DNA of 64,000 nucleotides from Octopus vulgaris (lineage: Eukaryota). The DNA lies in assembly GCA_951406725.2 (NCBI GenBank), contig OX597814.1:207452001-207516000 (forward strand). Reading direction: 5' to 3'. Positions within the stretch are counted from its first letter, which is position 1, and every line of letters begins with the position of its first letter. The notes beneath the pieces are model-generated. The model did no database searches. It was not told where the DNA came from and worked only from the letters and a program-made list of their open reading frames with translations. The position numbers and the translations under genes are program-made. Positions 37,701 through 51,540 of the stretch are shown piece by piece.

Positions 37701-38385
37701 GAAAGAACCTAATAGCAGCGCATTCTTTCAATCAAATATTTTAGCCTCTGGCATTTTTGTCTTATATGTTCCTCCTTCTCATGAGGGTTGGAAAAGAGAA
37801 AGGAACAAGGGTCTCGTTCATATGAATATTTTCTTTTATGTGTTGTATCAAGAATGTGTTCAAGGGGAATTCTCTCTCTTTTTTTTATTTCCATTTTGTT
37901 AAGGTTTTGTCCTCCCCCCCGCCCCGACTTTTTATGTGCTTAGAGTTGATGAAGAGGAAGCAGTACTCAATGTCTCTTTAAGTTTCTTCTTTGTACTGGA
38001 ATTTGGATAAATAGGTATGGTTGGTGCATTTACTGTTCACATTGACTGTTGTTCAAGGTTTAATAGAGAGAATGTGTGACTGGGAATTGTAGAAATAGGA
38101 ATATTGAAATAATACAGTTTCTTACGAAGAAGAACGACCTGATTATTTAGAAAAAAATTTGAATACTATTGCACCACTGTCACTGACATTGTAGTAAGCT
38201 TTTCAGTGAAGCACATTGTACTATTTGTCTCAGTCACTCTGTTTGGAAATAGGTATCACACTATTTCATACTGAGGTGGTAGTAGTTTAGCCCGAAGTCA
38301 ATCTTGATCAAGCAGACTTATGATCAAAGACAATACAGCCACGACTGTGTTTTTTTTTCCAGTTTTTTTTTTACTACATGTCTAA

Positions 38386-38772
38386 CTAGCAGTATCGCCC
38401 GGCATTGCTCGGGTTTGTAAGGAAAATAACTATATAAGCATTTTTAGAGAGTTATAGCCAAAAAATAGCAAATAATTGCATTAAAAATGGGAAAAAAATG
38501 ATGGTAAATTATTTTTAAAATCGTAGACTCATCGTAGACATTTTTAGGGAGTTACTTCCCTTATATAATAGAGAAAAAATGCATTAAAATAGAAAAAATG
38601 ATGGTAAATTATTTTTATAATCATAGACTCATTGTAGATGCGTGCTAATACCCATAAGATAATACGACTATAAGATACCCGGTTTTGGTTAAACTGTACC
38701 GCAAAATGTCGGAGTTGTTAGGAATCTAAATCGAAGGAGACAGACACACAACTTCACTTTTATATATAAAGA
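38386..38772 (-). mobile_element. Non-autonomous Helitron, second subfamily sharing the 3' end
   Basis: Minus strand reads A|TCTTTATATATAAAAG...cccgagcaatgccgggcgatactgCTAG|T. Confidence 0.72.
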
Positions 38773-41700
38773 TGTGTCCTTTACTGTTTTCTTTTTTAAG
38801 TACGTAATTTGAGGAGTATTTTGTTATTTTCTAAATTCCTGGACCACATAGAATCTCACCCATTAGTTTAATGTTGAAATAGTAGCAGTTTTAGAAACAG
38901 CATGCAACTGGAATATACTTGCTTAACTTTCATTACAGAAAAAAATCTTAAATTCTCAAACCAAGGCTGTGCAGTATCTTCTTGCTTCTTCTTAATGCAT
39001 ATATAGCAAATTCTGCTCTTGAACTTTCTGACTACCCCAGTTTCAGTCAATCTGTTGCATTTGTTTCTCTGTTTATTATCACTTGTACTCATATTTCTGT
39101 TTGTACTGAATTTCTTATGTCCTCTGTTCTATGAACTGCTAACTCCATGGAATTTATTTCATTGTGTTTGCATATTACAAGAACTGTTGACATTTTAAAA
39201 CATTAATCTTTCCAATCTTAGTTTCTCTTTCTTTCCTTGTAGAGCAGACAAATCTTTTGGGAATTAGCAAAGAAAGTGGATTGCAGGTTAATTTCAACTG
39301 ATGGGCTTGTAACTATAAATCCAGTTAATTAGATGTAATAAGCTTACTATATAGACTAAGAAAAGCTATATTTTGATAACATAGACAGTAGTTTAAGGCC
39401 TTGTCATTTGTGACCCATTGATAAATGATGGGTAATTTCATGTTCATCCACTGCATGTCCATGGAATATTAATGAGAAAATACCCGAAAGACACTTATCT
39501 ATGTGCCAGTTTCTGCTATTTTACCTGTAAGTAAATAAAGATGTATATCAATTGAACTTGTGACAAGTAAGATCATTGATGTTAGCATATATGAAAGTTA
39601 AACATCACAGGACATTGTCAATAAACCTTTGAAAATTTTGGGCAATATTTCAAACACCGAATGGCATCTGTAAAAGTTTGTAGAGTTCAAAGGGTTGTGG
39701 TGATGGCTATTTTATGAATATCTTTTGGATCTCCAGGAATCTGATTTTAAACTAAATCTAAAAAAAAAAAAAAAAAAAAAAAAAAATTCTTGTACCTTAA
39801 ATAAATCTTGTAAATGTGATATTATGTATTTACCAGGAACTATGCTGATGTTATATGTCTGATAATCAGCACAAGGACGTAGTCACCTTAAGTTTTTTTT
39901 CTTCTTTTGTTGGAACTGCATGTGAGCTGATAACTAGTTGGGGCTGTATTGATGAGTAGTGTCAAGTTAAAATATGTAATAGAGCTCCTGCTTGGGTATA
40001 TCTAAACAATCTAGAGAGCTAGGTACCAATGTTTGATACTGAGCTCCCTTGCTTTTGATCTGGTCAGTAACACTGACACTGTGCACTTCTCATTTCATCA
40101 TATTCAATTTCAAATGTGTAAATTATTAAGATTATCTTGTGTAAGCAACTAGAACCATTTTTTTTTTTTCCATTTGAGAATTGCATTTTGTTTAATCAAA
40201 ACTTCACTGGAGAATGTTTTGAGTATTTAATATGTCATAAAAAGTTGTTGTTTTTTTTAACATATAACCTAATCACTTATTTCTCATAAAAGTGATGTAT
40301 GAGCCTTCAGATGTAAATGCAATGTAAACAGCTCGGGTGGATTGCAACTTGAACAGCTCAAACCGGTTAACACTGTGCCAGAATTCATTGATATGGATAC
40401 CTATTGATATACTCTCTCTCTTTTACTCTTTTACTTGTTTCAGTCATTTGACTGCGGCCATGCTGGAGCACCGCCTTTAGTCGAGCAAATCGACCCCGGG
40501 ACTTATTCTTTGTAAGCCCAGCACTTATTCTATCGGTCTCTTTTGCTGAACCGCTAAGTGACGGGGACGTAAACACACCAGCATCGGTTGTCAAGCAATG
40601 CTAGGGGGACAAACACACACACATACATCTATATATATATACATATATACAACAGGCTTCTTTCAGTTTCCGTCTACCAAATCCACTCACAAGGCATTGG
40701 TCTGCCCGGGGCTATAGCAGAAGACACTTGCCCAAGATGCCATGCAGTGGGACTGAACCCGGAATCATGTGGTTGGTAAGCAAGCTACTTACCACACAGC
40801 CACTCCTGCGCCTGTGTTAATTTATCTTATCTACTATCTTTTCATGGCCCTCAATTATCTAATACGCTCATGCTTATCTCTGATTTTTGTAACATCAAGC
40901 CAATAAGGTATGAACCCTATCCACTGGGATAGGTAGCTGACCATCAGCAAGTAATTTGACCTGTTGAATAGTATCTAGCATGCCACTTTCAGCTTTCTAA
41001 AGTGTTACTACTGTTTACTGAGGAAAATTATATAATCTTTCAGTATCTACTTGTTGCAAGGTGGATTGACCCATTGAAAGCTAAGTATCTTCACTTTGGC
41101 AGTATCACTTGATGATGAGAATTTGAAGTATTCCACTCTTGGTCGCCTGCTATCCTATTGGCTTTCTATCCTACCCTAACATCTCTGTGTTCCACCAATT
41201 TTAGTAAGGCGGATATTTAATCTATGATGTGAATTTTAGGAACAATGATATTTTGTGGTGTGTGGTGGGCAGAACTTGTAGTTTTCAGGTCTGCTATTCT
41301 AGTCTAACAAGAAATTGAAAGTAGATTATACATTCCATTTACTAAATAGTGGAGGAGGTGGGGAAGATTTACTTGTAAGTTTTTACCACAAGAAATTTTA
41401 GAATTTAATATATTTAAAAGAATTTTTGAAAGTCAGTTTTCGTTTTTTTAATACATATATTATTTTTTGGAAAAAGCATCTTGAAAATTAATGTCCTCTA
41501 CTTCTAAGATGTTTATTCACATATATGTGTTGTATCAAGGATATGTTGAAGAGATTTCATTTTCTTTATTTTCAATCATGAAAAGGAGAAATGTTGCCTA
41601 TAAGTCTTTTTCTACAATGTGTGTGTGTGTGATTTTTCTGTTGAGGTCTCAGATCCTTTCGTATTTCATTTATAAATCCTATTGTATTGCATATGTCACA

Positions 41701-41879
41701 TTTTATAAATAATGTGGGGGAAAAGGTTTAGAGTAGCACTTAGGTAAGGTTAAGTGATAAGCAGGGTTGTGGTGCTGGAGTTGAAGTATCAGAGTGGGGA
41801 GCCATTATTGCTTTACTGGAACCATTGTTGATAAAATTGTATTGTTTCCAACTAAATATAGGGTGTAATATAACCTTAA

Positions 41880-42085
41880 CCCATATATACCTTCGGTTGC
41901 ATTAAACTTGCTTCTTTTTGTTTGGACATGAACTTGCCAGGAAACATCTGACTGAACATACGAAATGTTCAGAAGGTAGTCGACACCATAACTAACAGTT
42001 GCATACTGTCCTTCTCTTCTAGATTGTGAAAGCTTACCATAATGTTTAATCTAAATACAGTGAAATTTTTATGGGCATATATGGG
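41880..42085. mobile_element. TTAA-specific (piggyBac-type) MITE, distinct family
   Basis: TTAA|CCCATATATACC...GGCATATATGGG|TTAA. Confidence 0.78.
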
Positions 42086-42539
42086 TTAAAACTTTCTGTT
42101 TTACTGATAGTAGTTTGAAAATAATCATGTCAGATATAAGGGCTTCTGTGAAAAAAGTTTTGGCTGAAGCAATTCTTTTTCTAAGAACGAGTTCATAAAT
42201 TATACATTTGGATCTTTGGTTTAATCTCTATTCCATATATATATATAACACTTCATTATCATCATAAGTGCTGACGTGAATGTGTGGTAAGAAGCTTGCT
42301 TCCCTACCACATGGCTCCAGGTTCAGTTCCACTGCTTCGAGCTGACCAAAGCCTTGTGAGTGGAGTTGGTTGACGGAAACTGATAGAGGCCCGTAGTGTG
42401 TGTGCATGTGTGTGTGTGTGTGTGTGTCCGTGCACACACGTGCAAGTCTTTGTGTCTGAGTTTGTCCCCACCACTGCTTGACAACTGGCGACAGGCACCC
42501 ATGCCAATGTCCCTGCTAAGACATAGTGGTTCAGCAAAA

Positions 42540-42885
42540 TCGAATTGAACCAGCCAGGTTCCCTGGTTTGGTGGTACGTAAAAAAGCACCATCCGACTCG
42601 TGGCCGATGCCAGCACCGCCTCGTCTGGCTTCCGTGCCGGTGGCACATAAAATACACCAATCTGGCCGTTGCCAGCCTCGCCTGGCACCTGTGCAGGTGG
42701 CACGTAAAAAGCACCCACTACACTCACGGAGTGGTTGGCGTTAGGAAGGGCATCCAGCTGTAGAAACACTGCCAGATAAGACTGGAGCCTGGTGCAGCCT
42801 TCTGGCTTCCCAGATCCCCGGTCGAACCGTCCAACCCATGCTAGCATGGAGAACGGACGTTAAACGATGATGATGATGATGATGA
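42540..42885 (+). mobile_element. RTE-tail element between ~300-330-bp direct repeats
   Basis: (GAT)n tail; flanks 42209-42539 and 42886-43182 are copies of each other. Confidence 0.85.
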
Positions 42886-45800
42886 TGGATCTTTGGTTTA
42901 ATCTCTATTCCATATATATATATAACACTTCATCATCATCATAAGTGCAGACGTGACTGTGTGGGAAGAAGCTTGCTTCCCTACCACATGGCTCCAGGTT
43001 CAGTTCCACTGCCTTGAGCTGACCAAAGCCTTGTGAGTTGAGTTGGTTGACGGAAGCTGAAAGAGGCCCATTTTGTGTGCATGCATACACGTGGAAGTCT
43101 TTGTGTCTGAGTTTGTCCCCACCACTGCTTGACAACTGGCACTGGCATGCTTATGTCCCTGTAACATAGTGGTTCAGCAAAAGAGATCAATAGAATAGAT
43201 ATCAGGCTTAAAAAGAAAAAAAGATGAGTACTGGGGTAGCTTCATTTGACTAAAAATTCTTCTAGTCGGTGCCCCAGCATGGCCACTGTAGAAAAAGGGA
43301 TGGTTCGTCATGGTCTGAATCATTTCTCAGTTTCTTTAATAAATGTTGTAAGAATAAAGTTGTCAATATTTTACAACATAATTTAAAAAATTTTATTTAA
43401 TGTTGTGTTTCGTATTACTTTCATTTCAATTTTATATTCAATGTTTCAATCTTCAAAAGGAAGGATTATAAATTGTATCGAGTTGAGTTTATTTCTTTTA
43501 AAATGTTCAATTATGTTGCTTTAAGTGTTCAGTCTTTTACTTTTAACTGTGATGTGCTTTAGATCTTTGAACTTGTAAACAATGATATTTATGAATGTTC
43601 TTTTATAGTATTTTTATAGTTTATTTCTTATATGTCTTTTCACTTTTATTGCCTTTTGGTTATAAAGCTTCTTTGTTAATTTTGAAAATTAATTGTTAGT
43701 AAATTCTTAAATAAATAATATAAAAAAAAACAAAACTGCAACAATATATTTGTAGCTTTTAAACCCAAACTTGAACAGATTAGAGCGCTAAAATGTGGCC
43801 TGATGATTCACTTTGGCCATGTATGCTGTATAGGATTAATCTAATTACAAATGGAGGAGCTGGGAGTGCAGTGGTACCATAAGTTGAGGAACTGGATTCA
43901 AAGATTTTGTGTTCTGATTCCACAGCCCTGTTAGCAGAAGGTTTAAATTATCATTTTATCAAGTAATGTAGGATTAGAACTAATCATTTAACATTTTTTT
44001 TCCACCCTAACCAGAGTAAAAGAGGTTTAAAGGAAAACTGGCTTGAGAGGAATAGATCTTTAGGAATAGGAATTAAGATAGGGACAAAGCAGAAGGCGGC
44101 ATGTATTGATCAACTGTTGCCAGTCAGCATAAGAAAGATATATATACATAAAAATAAAAAGTACAGGTGAAAATGTGAATTGTGATGAGTTTAATGGCTT
44201 ATTCATGCAAAAATTATTTCATGCCTCACTTGTTTACCATCCAATTTTTAAATCTCTGTTGCTATTTTATTTTTGTTTTTTTCTTTTTTTGTTACTAAAC
44301 CCTGCCTACCTATTCCTAAAACTAGGTCAAACCTAATTCCTGGATTTAAGTAACTGCCATCCCTCTAAAATTTCTGCAGGATCGCATGCTTCGAAATACT
44401 GATACTTCTTGCATTCAGTTACAATTTTTGGATATTTGATTATTAAAATACTTTTACTTTGTTGTTAACTCTTTGCTGAAATTGTTTTGTTTTTTTTTTT
44501 GTTTTTGTTTTCATTAAGTGTTGCAATAAAGTTGTTTTCGCTGCACCCCCCCACCTCTGGTTAACATTAATGAACCCTCCTCTCTATCAACATATGTTGA
44601 CTGCAGCGTGTATCAGATACTCAACTTTCTCTGCAATCATTGAAGCCTACACCAAAAGGAATTGACCTAAATTTCATGGTTACTTAAAAATCTATAATTC
44701 TTAAACAGTCACCCTCACGCACCCACCCACCTACCCACTCACTCCTTTCAAAACTAACAACAACAACATCAACAACAAATATATCTTGTTAGGCTGATCA
44801 ATAAATATCTGCATGATTGGTACTTAAGATTGTCAGAAAATATGGTTTCATATATACATGTGTGTGTGTGTGTGTGTATAAGTTTGTATAATTTTTAACC
44901 GAACTGTTTTGTTCAGTTTTTTTTTTTTTCTCTTCACTCTATTCTTCTCCTCCTCCTGGTAGAATTTCTCTTGCTACACATGCAATGGTGCATGTTAGTG
45001 AAGAAGTCTATTTTCTTGATATATATAATTTTCTAAACTGTGAAATAATTCATATGTTGCCTGCTTAAAACAACCAACTTCCTCTATTTGTCTTGTAACT
45101 ATGAGTGTGTGGAAATTCCAGAAATATTGTACAATTATTTGTGGGATGAAGGCAGAGTGGCAGAGCCAACTAATGACTATATCAAATCTAATAATTCATT
45201 TGCACTTGCTTAAAAGTCCGTTATAAAAATCTGGAACTGCCTTCTCATTAACTGAGTAAGCAATCTTGAAAATCTTAATCCATTTAAAACCAAAAAAATG
45301 AAGAAAAATAGAGAAAAATAGCTAATCTAATTACAAGATACATGTTTAATGAACTGTTATTGACATTGATATCAAAATTAATTGCAAAGCAGTGCTTTAA
45401 ATTTCTTCTGTTGGTAAGCTAGAAATCAAACATTGGACCTTAATTATACTAATAGATTAGGTTAAGTGTTTACTGTACAATATATCTGTTGGAATTCAGT
45501 CTCTGCTGTAATGACTATTGATCTAAAAATCCTATATATTACGGAACCTTCAAGTGCTTAATAACTTCCTCCATTTGCATTTTTCTCATTTTCTCTCTGT
45601 CCCATATGTACCTCTGCCACAACCAACAATACCAATTGTTTCTCTTTAAGTTCTGTATAAATGTGAGAAAGTTCTGTTGGCTCCATTTTGCAATGCCATC
45701 CAAAACGTTTTGGAGTTTTTCTTTCTCAATCATGGTATCCGTTCTGTATATAATCAATAGGTTGTTTGGCAGTTGTTTGTTTACCTAATCTTAACGTGTT

Positions 45801-48800
45801 TCTTATTGTTTTGGTTTTCATCCATTTTGGTTCTTCTTATTAGTCACTAAAGATTGATTAGTCAAGAAAGGTGTATTTTTAATGAGACCAGGTGTAGGAA
45901 TGGTTGAGGTTTTAACATGATCAACATTTGAAGATTAAACAGTTTGGTGAAAATTTAATACACACACACATACACACTCACACATAGTTAAAAGTTCCTA
46001 ATCCAGAGAAGTGAACCCAGGATATACTCATCAGATAAAATGTATTGAAATTGCTTACTTCTAATAATTCTAGGTGCTCGTTACAATTTAATGCAGTTAG
46101 CCTCAATCTGGATTATAACTAAGTGTTTGAATGATACCCACTTAGATATTATATCCCTATCTATTCACTATATATGTGTGTGTGTAGATATGTGTCAGAA
46201 ATCTAACAGAATGGAGGAGATTTTGGTATTGGGAACTAGATTTGCCTGCAGCGTTCTAGATTCCATGGTGTATTAACGTAAAATACTCTGAGAGAGTGGC
46301 AAGTACATATGTAGGAATAACTGTTGAGACCCAAGTCACCCCTTTCTGAGGAGAGTTAGGATCAAATATATTCCAGCTATAACCATCTTATGTTTTGGGG
46401 CATTATGTATTTAGGACTACAATTATTCAATGTATCCTTCCCTTTCCAAACAGTAGGGCATAATTTGAGGAAGATTTAGTTGTTACTTTTCACAGTTCGA
46501 GCAATCTTTTCATTGACACTCCCTCATTGTAGGGTATAGCTTTGTAGCTAATAGGAGAATACTGAACAGGTCCTTTGACTAGATTCTTAACTGGAAGAGA
46601 ATGGTGTGGAATAAACCATATAGCATTTTTATAGTATTTGGTTTGACCTATTCTGAGTTTGGTAGCTAGTGGGGATGATTTACTTTTTATCTTTTAACAT
46701 TCAGTAAGTAACCAACATTTACTTATGTTGATTCAGTTGACTAGATCTCTCTTCTCTACCAATTAATGGTAATTTTGGCAATATTTTGACTTTCAAATTG
46801 AATGACAAAATGCAATAATATTAGCAATATGATAATTATAATTTCCTTTATTATTATTATTATTATCTTTATCTTTATTATTATTATTATTATTATCTTT
46901 ATTATTATTTTTATTATTATCTTTATTATTATTATCATCATCATCATTATTATTATTATTATTGAGGTGGCAAGCTGGCAGAATCATTAACTGCCAGACA
47001 AAATGCTTAACCATTTCTTCTGGATTTATATTCTGAGTTCAAATGTCACCAAGATCAACTTTGCCTTTCATGCTTTCAAGGTCAATAAGAATAAGTATCA
47101 GTTAAGTAGTGGGACTGATGTTATCAAGTAGCCCCCACCCTCAAAATTTCGGGCCTCGCACTTATAGTTGAAAGAAGTGTTAATAATAATTTGAAAAACT
47201 GATGTAGTGAGGGGTGTCTCAACAAATACTGTATGGGAGACATTTATGTTATTGACATCAAAAGGATAAAGTTAACCTAAGCAGAATTTGTACTCAGGCC
47301 GTAAGCAGAAATAGCTAAATACCAGATTATTTTATCTGATATATTTCAAATAATGATGAACTCATAGTATTTAGTACATTTTAGTAATAATGACGATCTC
47401 ATAGTGTTTAGTACATTTTAGGGAGAGTATGGTTGATTAAATAAAACCTATTATTGTTGATGATGATTGTATATTGTATTTTGGCAACAAGAGCATCATT
47501 GGTTATAAGCTTCTGAAGGGTCAGTAACTGGTTCATTGCTTTTGTGATTATGTGTGTGACAAGGGCTGTTTGTGTAACTTGGATTGAATAAATGTCAAAA
47601 GGGACTTGATTTGAAATTGCCTGTTTATTAGTTTTCTTGCTGATGTATATCACTGAAAGATACACATATATGCATTCACACACACACACTTTGTATTTCT
47701 GTGTATGTATACACACTTTTATAGATATATGATGGGCTCCCACTCGTTTCTTGTCTACCAATTTCCCTTATCTGTCTGGGTATGGAAGACACTTTCTCAA
47801 GCACCATGCAGTAAGATTGAACCAAGAATCATGGTGTTGCAAAGCAAACTTCTTTACCATACAACCATGCTTATATGCCTATGTGACTTACACCCATTTA
47901 TGATCCCTGGCAAGATGAAAGACATAGTCAATTCCAACAGGATTCAAACTCAGAATCTAAAGGAATATCATGACTAAATACCTATTTTTTTTTTTTTACT
48001 ACCCACAAGGGGCTAAACAGAGAGAGGACAAACAAGCACAGACAAACGGATTAAGTCGATTAGATCAACCCCAGGGCGTAACTGGTACATAATTTATCGA
48101 CCCCGAAAGGATGAAAGGCAAAGTCAACCTCGGCGGAATTTGAACTCAGAACGTAATGGCAGACAAAATACGGCTACACATTTCGCCCGATGTGCTAACG
48201 ATTCTGCCAGCTCGCCACCTTCATGACTCAATACCAACACCTTTTGTGTGGCTCTGTATCTATTCTGCTATTCACCTGCATTGATAATGTTTATAATAAT
48301 GATCTCTAACCTAACATTGGTACAAGGCTACAAATTTTGGAACTACTTCAATCTCATCATCCACGATGAATATCAACCACGTCAATCTCACAAGTTTAGT
48401 AAGAAGATCTGCAAATGTCGTAGTACTGCCTCTCCACTTCTATCTATTTCATCAATTCTCAGAAGGATGAAAGGCAAAGTTGGTTCCAGTGGGATTAATA
48501 ATAACGGTGATTATTGAAATAATAATCATAGAAAGGTGATAGAATTGCAGAATCAGTAGTGCACTGGACTAAATACTCTACTGTATTTAGTATTGTTCAT
48601 TAACGTCCAAATCCTGTCTTTCATCTCTCCCTGAGGGTCGTTAAAGTAAGCACCAGGCGTGTACTAGCGTTAATTCAAATTGACTGTTCTTCCTGCTCTC
48701 CTACTACAAATTTGTGGCCTTGTGCCAATATAAGAAATCATGATTATATATATAATGTTTGAAGTCCTAGAAATGTCTTTCACATACATATGCATGTGCA

Positions 48801-50362
48801 CATTCATAATATATATATATATATATATATATATTGTACACTTAGGTTCTGAGCATATCTGTCTTTCTATGTATCTCTCTCTGTATCTATTATGCATATA
48901 CATATTCACATATAGAGACAGGCATGAATTCATTGACATGAATACATATGCACCCATAAATTTATGCTCACATTTTCATGCCCAAATGCACATTTATACC
49001 AAATTTGACCACACACACACACACACACTGTCTCTCTCTTGGTCTCTCCCTCACTCACACACACTCTCTCTCTCTTTCTCTCCGACAAAGTTGAAATGAC
49101 TAAGTGATTTTAGTTATTGGGCTACCAAGTTCATTCATCGGTCTTAAGTTCAAATTTATTGCAAGCATTTTGTAGTGTATTTGGGCTATGGAGTGTGAAA
49201 AGGCAGTAGAGAGGAGAATCAGAGCCTAGAAGAGAGAATGGATGAATTGAAGGGAAGGAAGAAGAAGAAGAGAGAAAGAGAGTGACTGATATAGAATAGA
49301 GAAAGGAGAGTTGTGTGGGGGTGGTAGACAGATAGTGATGGGTTGTGAGGAAGAGAACACAGGTAAATAGAAGTGAAAAGGAGACTGAAGTAGAAAGTGA
49401 GAGAAGGGGGGGGGGCTGATGAAGTGGTGAAGTGGGAGAAAATGTTGTTAGCTTTCCACCTCCCCGGATAGCCCCGGTTCAACAGATCTATGATCAAAGG
49501 CATTCCAGCCTACAAACATCTTGTCTTTTTTAAGGGTATCTAGGATTATATTTTCCAATATGGCTGCCCTATTTTTTTTTTTAAGATGATAGGGTGTGAT
49601 TTGAGAGAGATTTGGCTGCTATTTCTGCTGGCTGAAGGAGTGTGTTGAGACTTCCACATTAGCTTGAGTAGGGTGGTAGCATGATTATAGCATTGAAAAA
49701 AAAAAAAAAAAAGAGACTGACGTGGAGAGTAAAAGAAGCAGAGCCTGGCTAAGAGAACGTGGTGTAAAGTGAGAGAGAAACAGGTAGTCTGATGTAGACC
49801 GTGGGAGGAGGAGGAGACACAGAATAATGTGGAGGGAGCATCTAAGAGGAGAGGGGAAAGAATGAGAGAATATGATATAAAGAAGGAATCTTGTTATATG
49901 ATGTGGAATGTGAGAGAGGAGAGGCACATAGAATGATGGAGGGGAAAGTAGGAGGCAGGTAGAGAGTATGTGATGTAGAGTGAGAGAAAGGAGACAAAGT
50001 GAATTAAGAATGGGAGAGAAGAGGAAAAAATGTGAGTGTAGGCTGTGGAGGTAAGGAATGAATTATGGAACATGAAAGAGTGAATGTATGTATAAAGGGA
50101 AGAGGAAGTGAAATTTATGAGAAGGGGGTGTCAGTGGATATTTTTGTATGTCAATGTGTGTGTGTGTTGTGTATACAAACACTTATGGTTACATGAATAT
50201 ATTCATATATTCATTCGTTCATTGTAGACTTCAAACGAATAAACCCTGCTACATGTATTGAGTGCTCTTTTCCCCATTTGTATACCCAAACATCTGTGTG
50301 TATATCTATCTATCCTGCCGGCCATCAACTCACCCCTACACACACATATATGTGTATATATT

Positions 50363-50397
<35 letters not shown>

Positions 50398-50882
50398 GTA
50401 TATATATGTATATATATGTATATATATATATATGTATATATATGTATATATATATAACTCCCTCCACTCTCAGATATTTATATGCACATATAAGTGACCA
50501 AGTAGAATGTATTTTCTTTTATGATGTTTTAAAAATCCCCTTAGCCTACCTTTTATCTTTTTCTGGTTAATTTGCCAAAATAAAGATTTATTCTGGAAGG
50601 ATCCCCATTATTCATTGATGCTAGAAATTGTTCAGAGAGAATTGGCAAAATGTCTTGGTTTTTTTTTTTTTTTGTGTGTGTTACAGCTCTTTGTTTTGAG
50701 TTCAAATCCCACCTAGATTGACTTTACTTTTTGTTCTTTCAGTGTTAATAAAATAACCCCATAGCTCTCTTCACACACACACGCACACAGTTTTTTTTTC
50801 AGCCATAGTCTGTTAGAAATCATTATTATTATTGCAACAGTTGTTAATTCCACCAACTCTTCTACCAAATTTATTATCTTAA

Positions 50883-51540
50883 CCCTTTTGTTGCCAAGTT
50901 TCTGTTGAAACATACTGCCTTTGTTTCACTCAATTTTTAAAATTATGAAAAAAAATTTAGTAAAAAATTTAGAAAAAAAATAGGCGCAGAAGTGGCTGTG
51001 TGGTAAGTAGCTTGCTAACCAACCACATGGTTCCGGGTTCAGTCCCACTGCGTGGCATCTTGGGCAAGTGTCTTCTGCTATAGCCCCGGGCTGACCAATG
51101 CCTTGTGGGTGGATTTGGTAGACGGAAACTGAAAGAAGCCTGTCATATATATGTATATATATGTATGTATGCGTGTGTGTGTTTGTGTGTCTGTGTTTGT
51201 TCCCCTAGCATTGCTTGACAACCGATGCTGGTGTGTTTACGTCCCCGTCACTTAGCGGTTCGGCAAAAAGAGACCGATAGAATAAGTACTGGGCTTACAA
51301 AAGAATAAGTCCCGGGGTCGAGTTGCTCGACTAAAAGGCGGTGCTCCAGCATGGCCGCAGTCAAATGACTGAAACGAGTAAAAGAGTAAAGAGTAAAATA
51401 ACTTTATCGTTATTAAACTCATGTTTGGAACATAAATCAACAAGAAATATTGATGGAAGGTTTCAATTTAGATCACTTTAAAACAGGAAGTCTCTATCAA
51501 AGAACCAACAGTGATCTTGTGCAAGTTGGTAATAAAAGGG
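50883..51540. mobile_element. TTAA-specific MITE with nested family A SINE (50983-51394)
   Basis: TTAA|CCCTTTTGTT...AATAAAAGGG|TTAA; interior similar to the reverse complement of 54757-54977. Confidence 0.75.
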
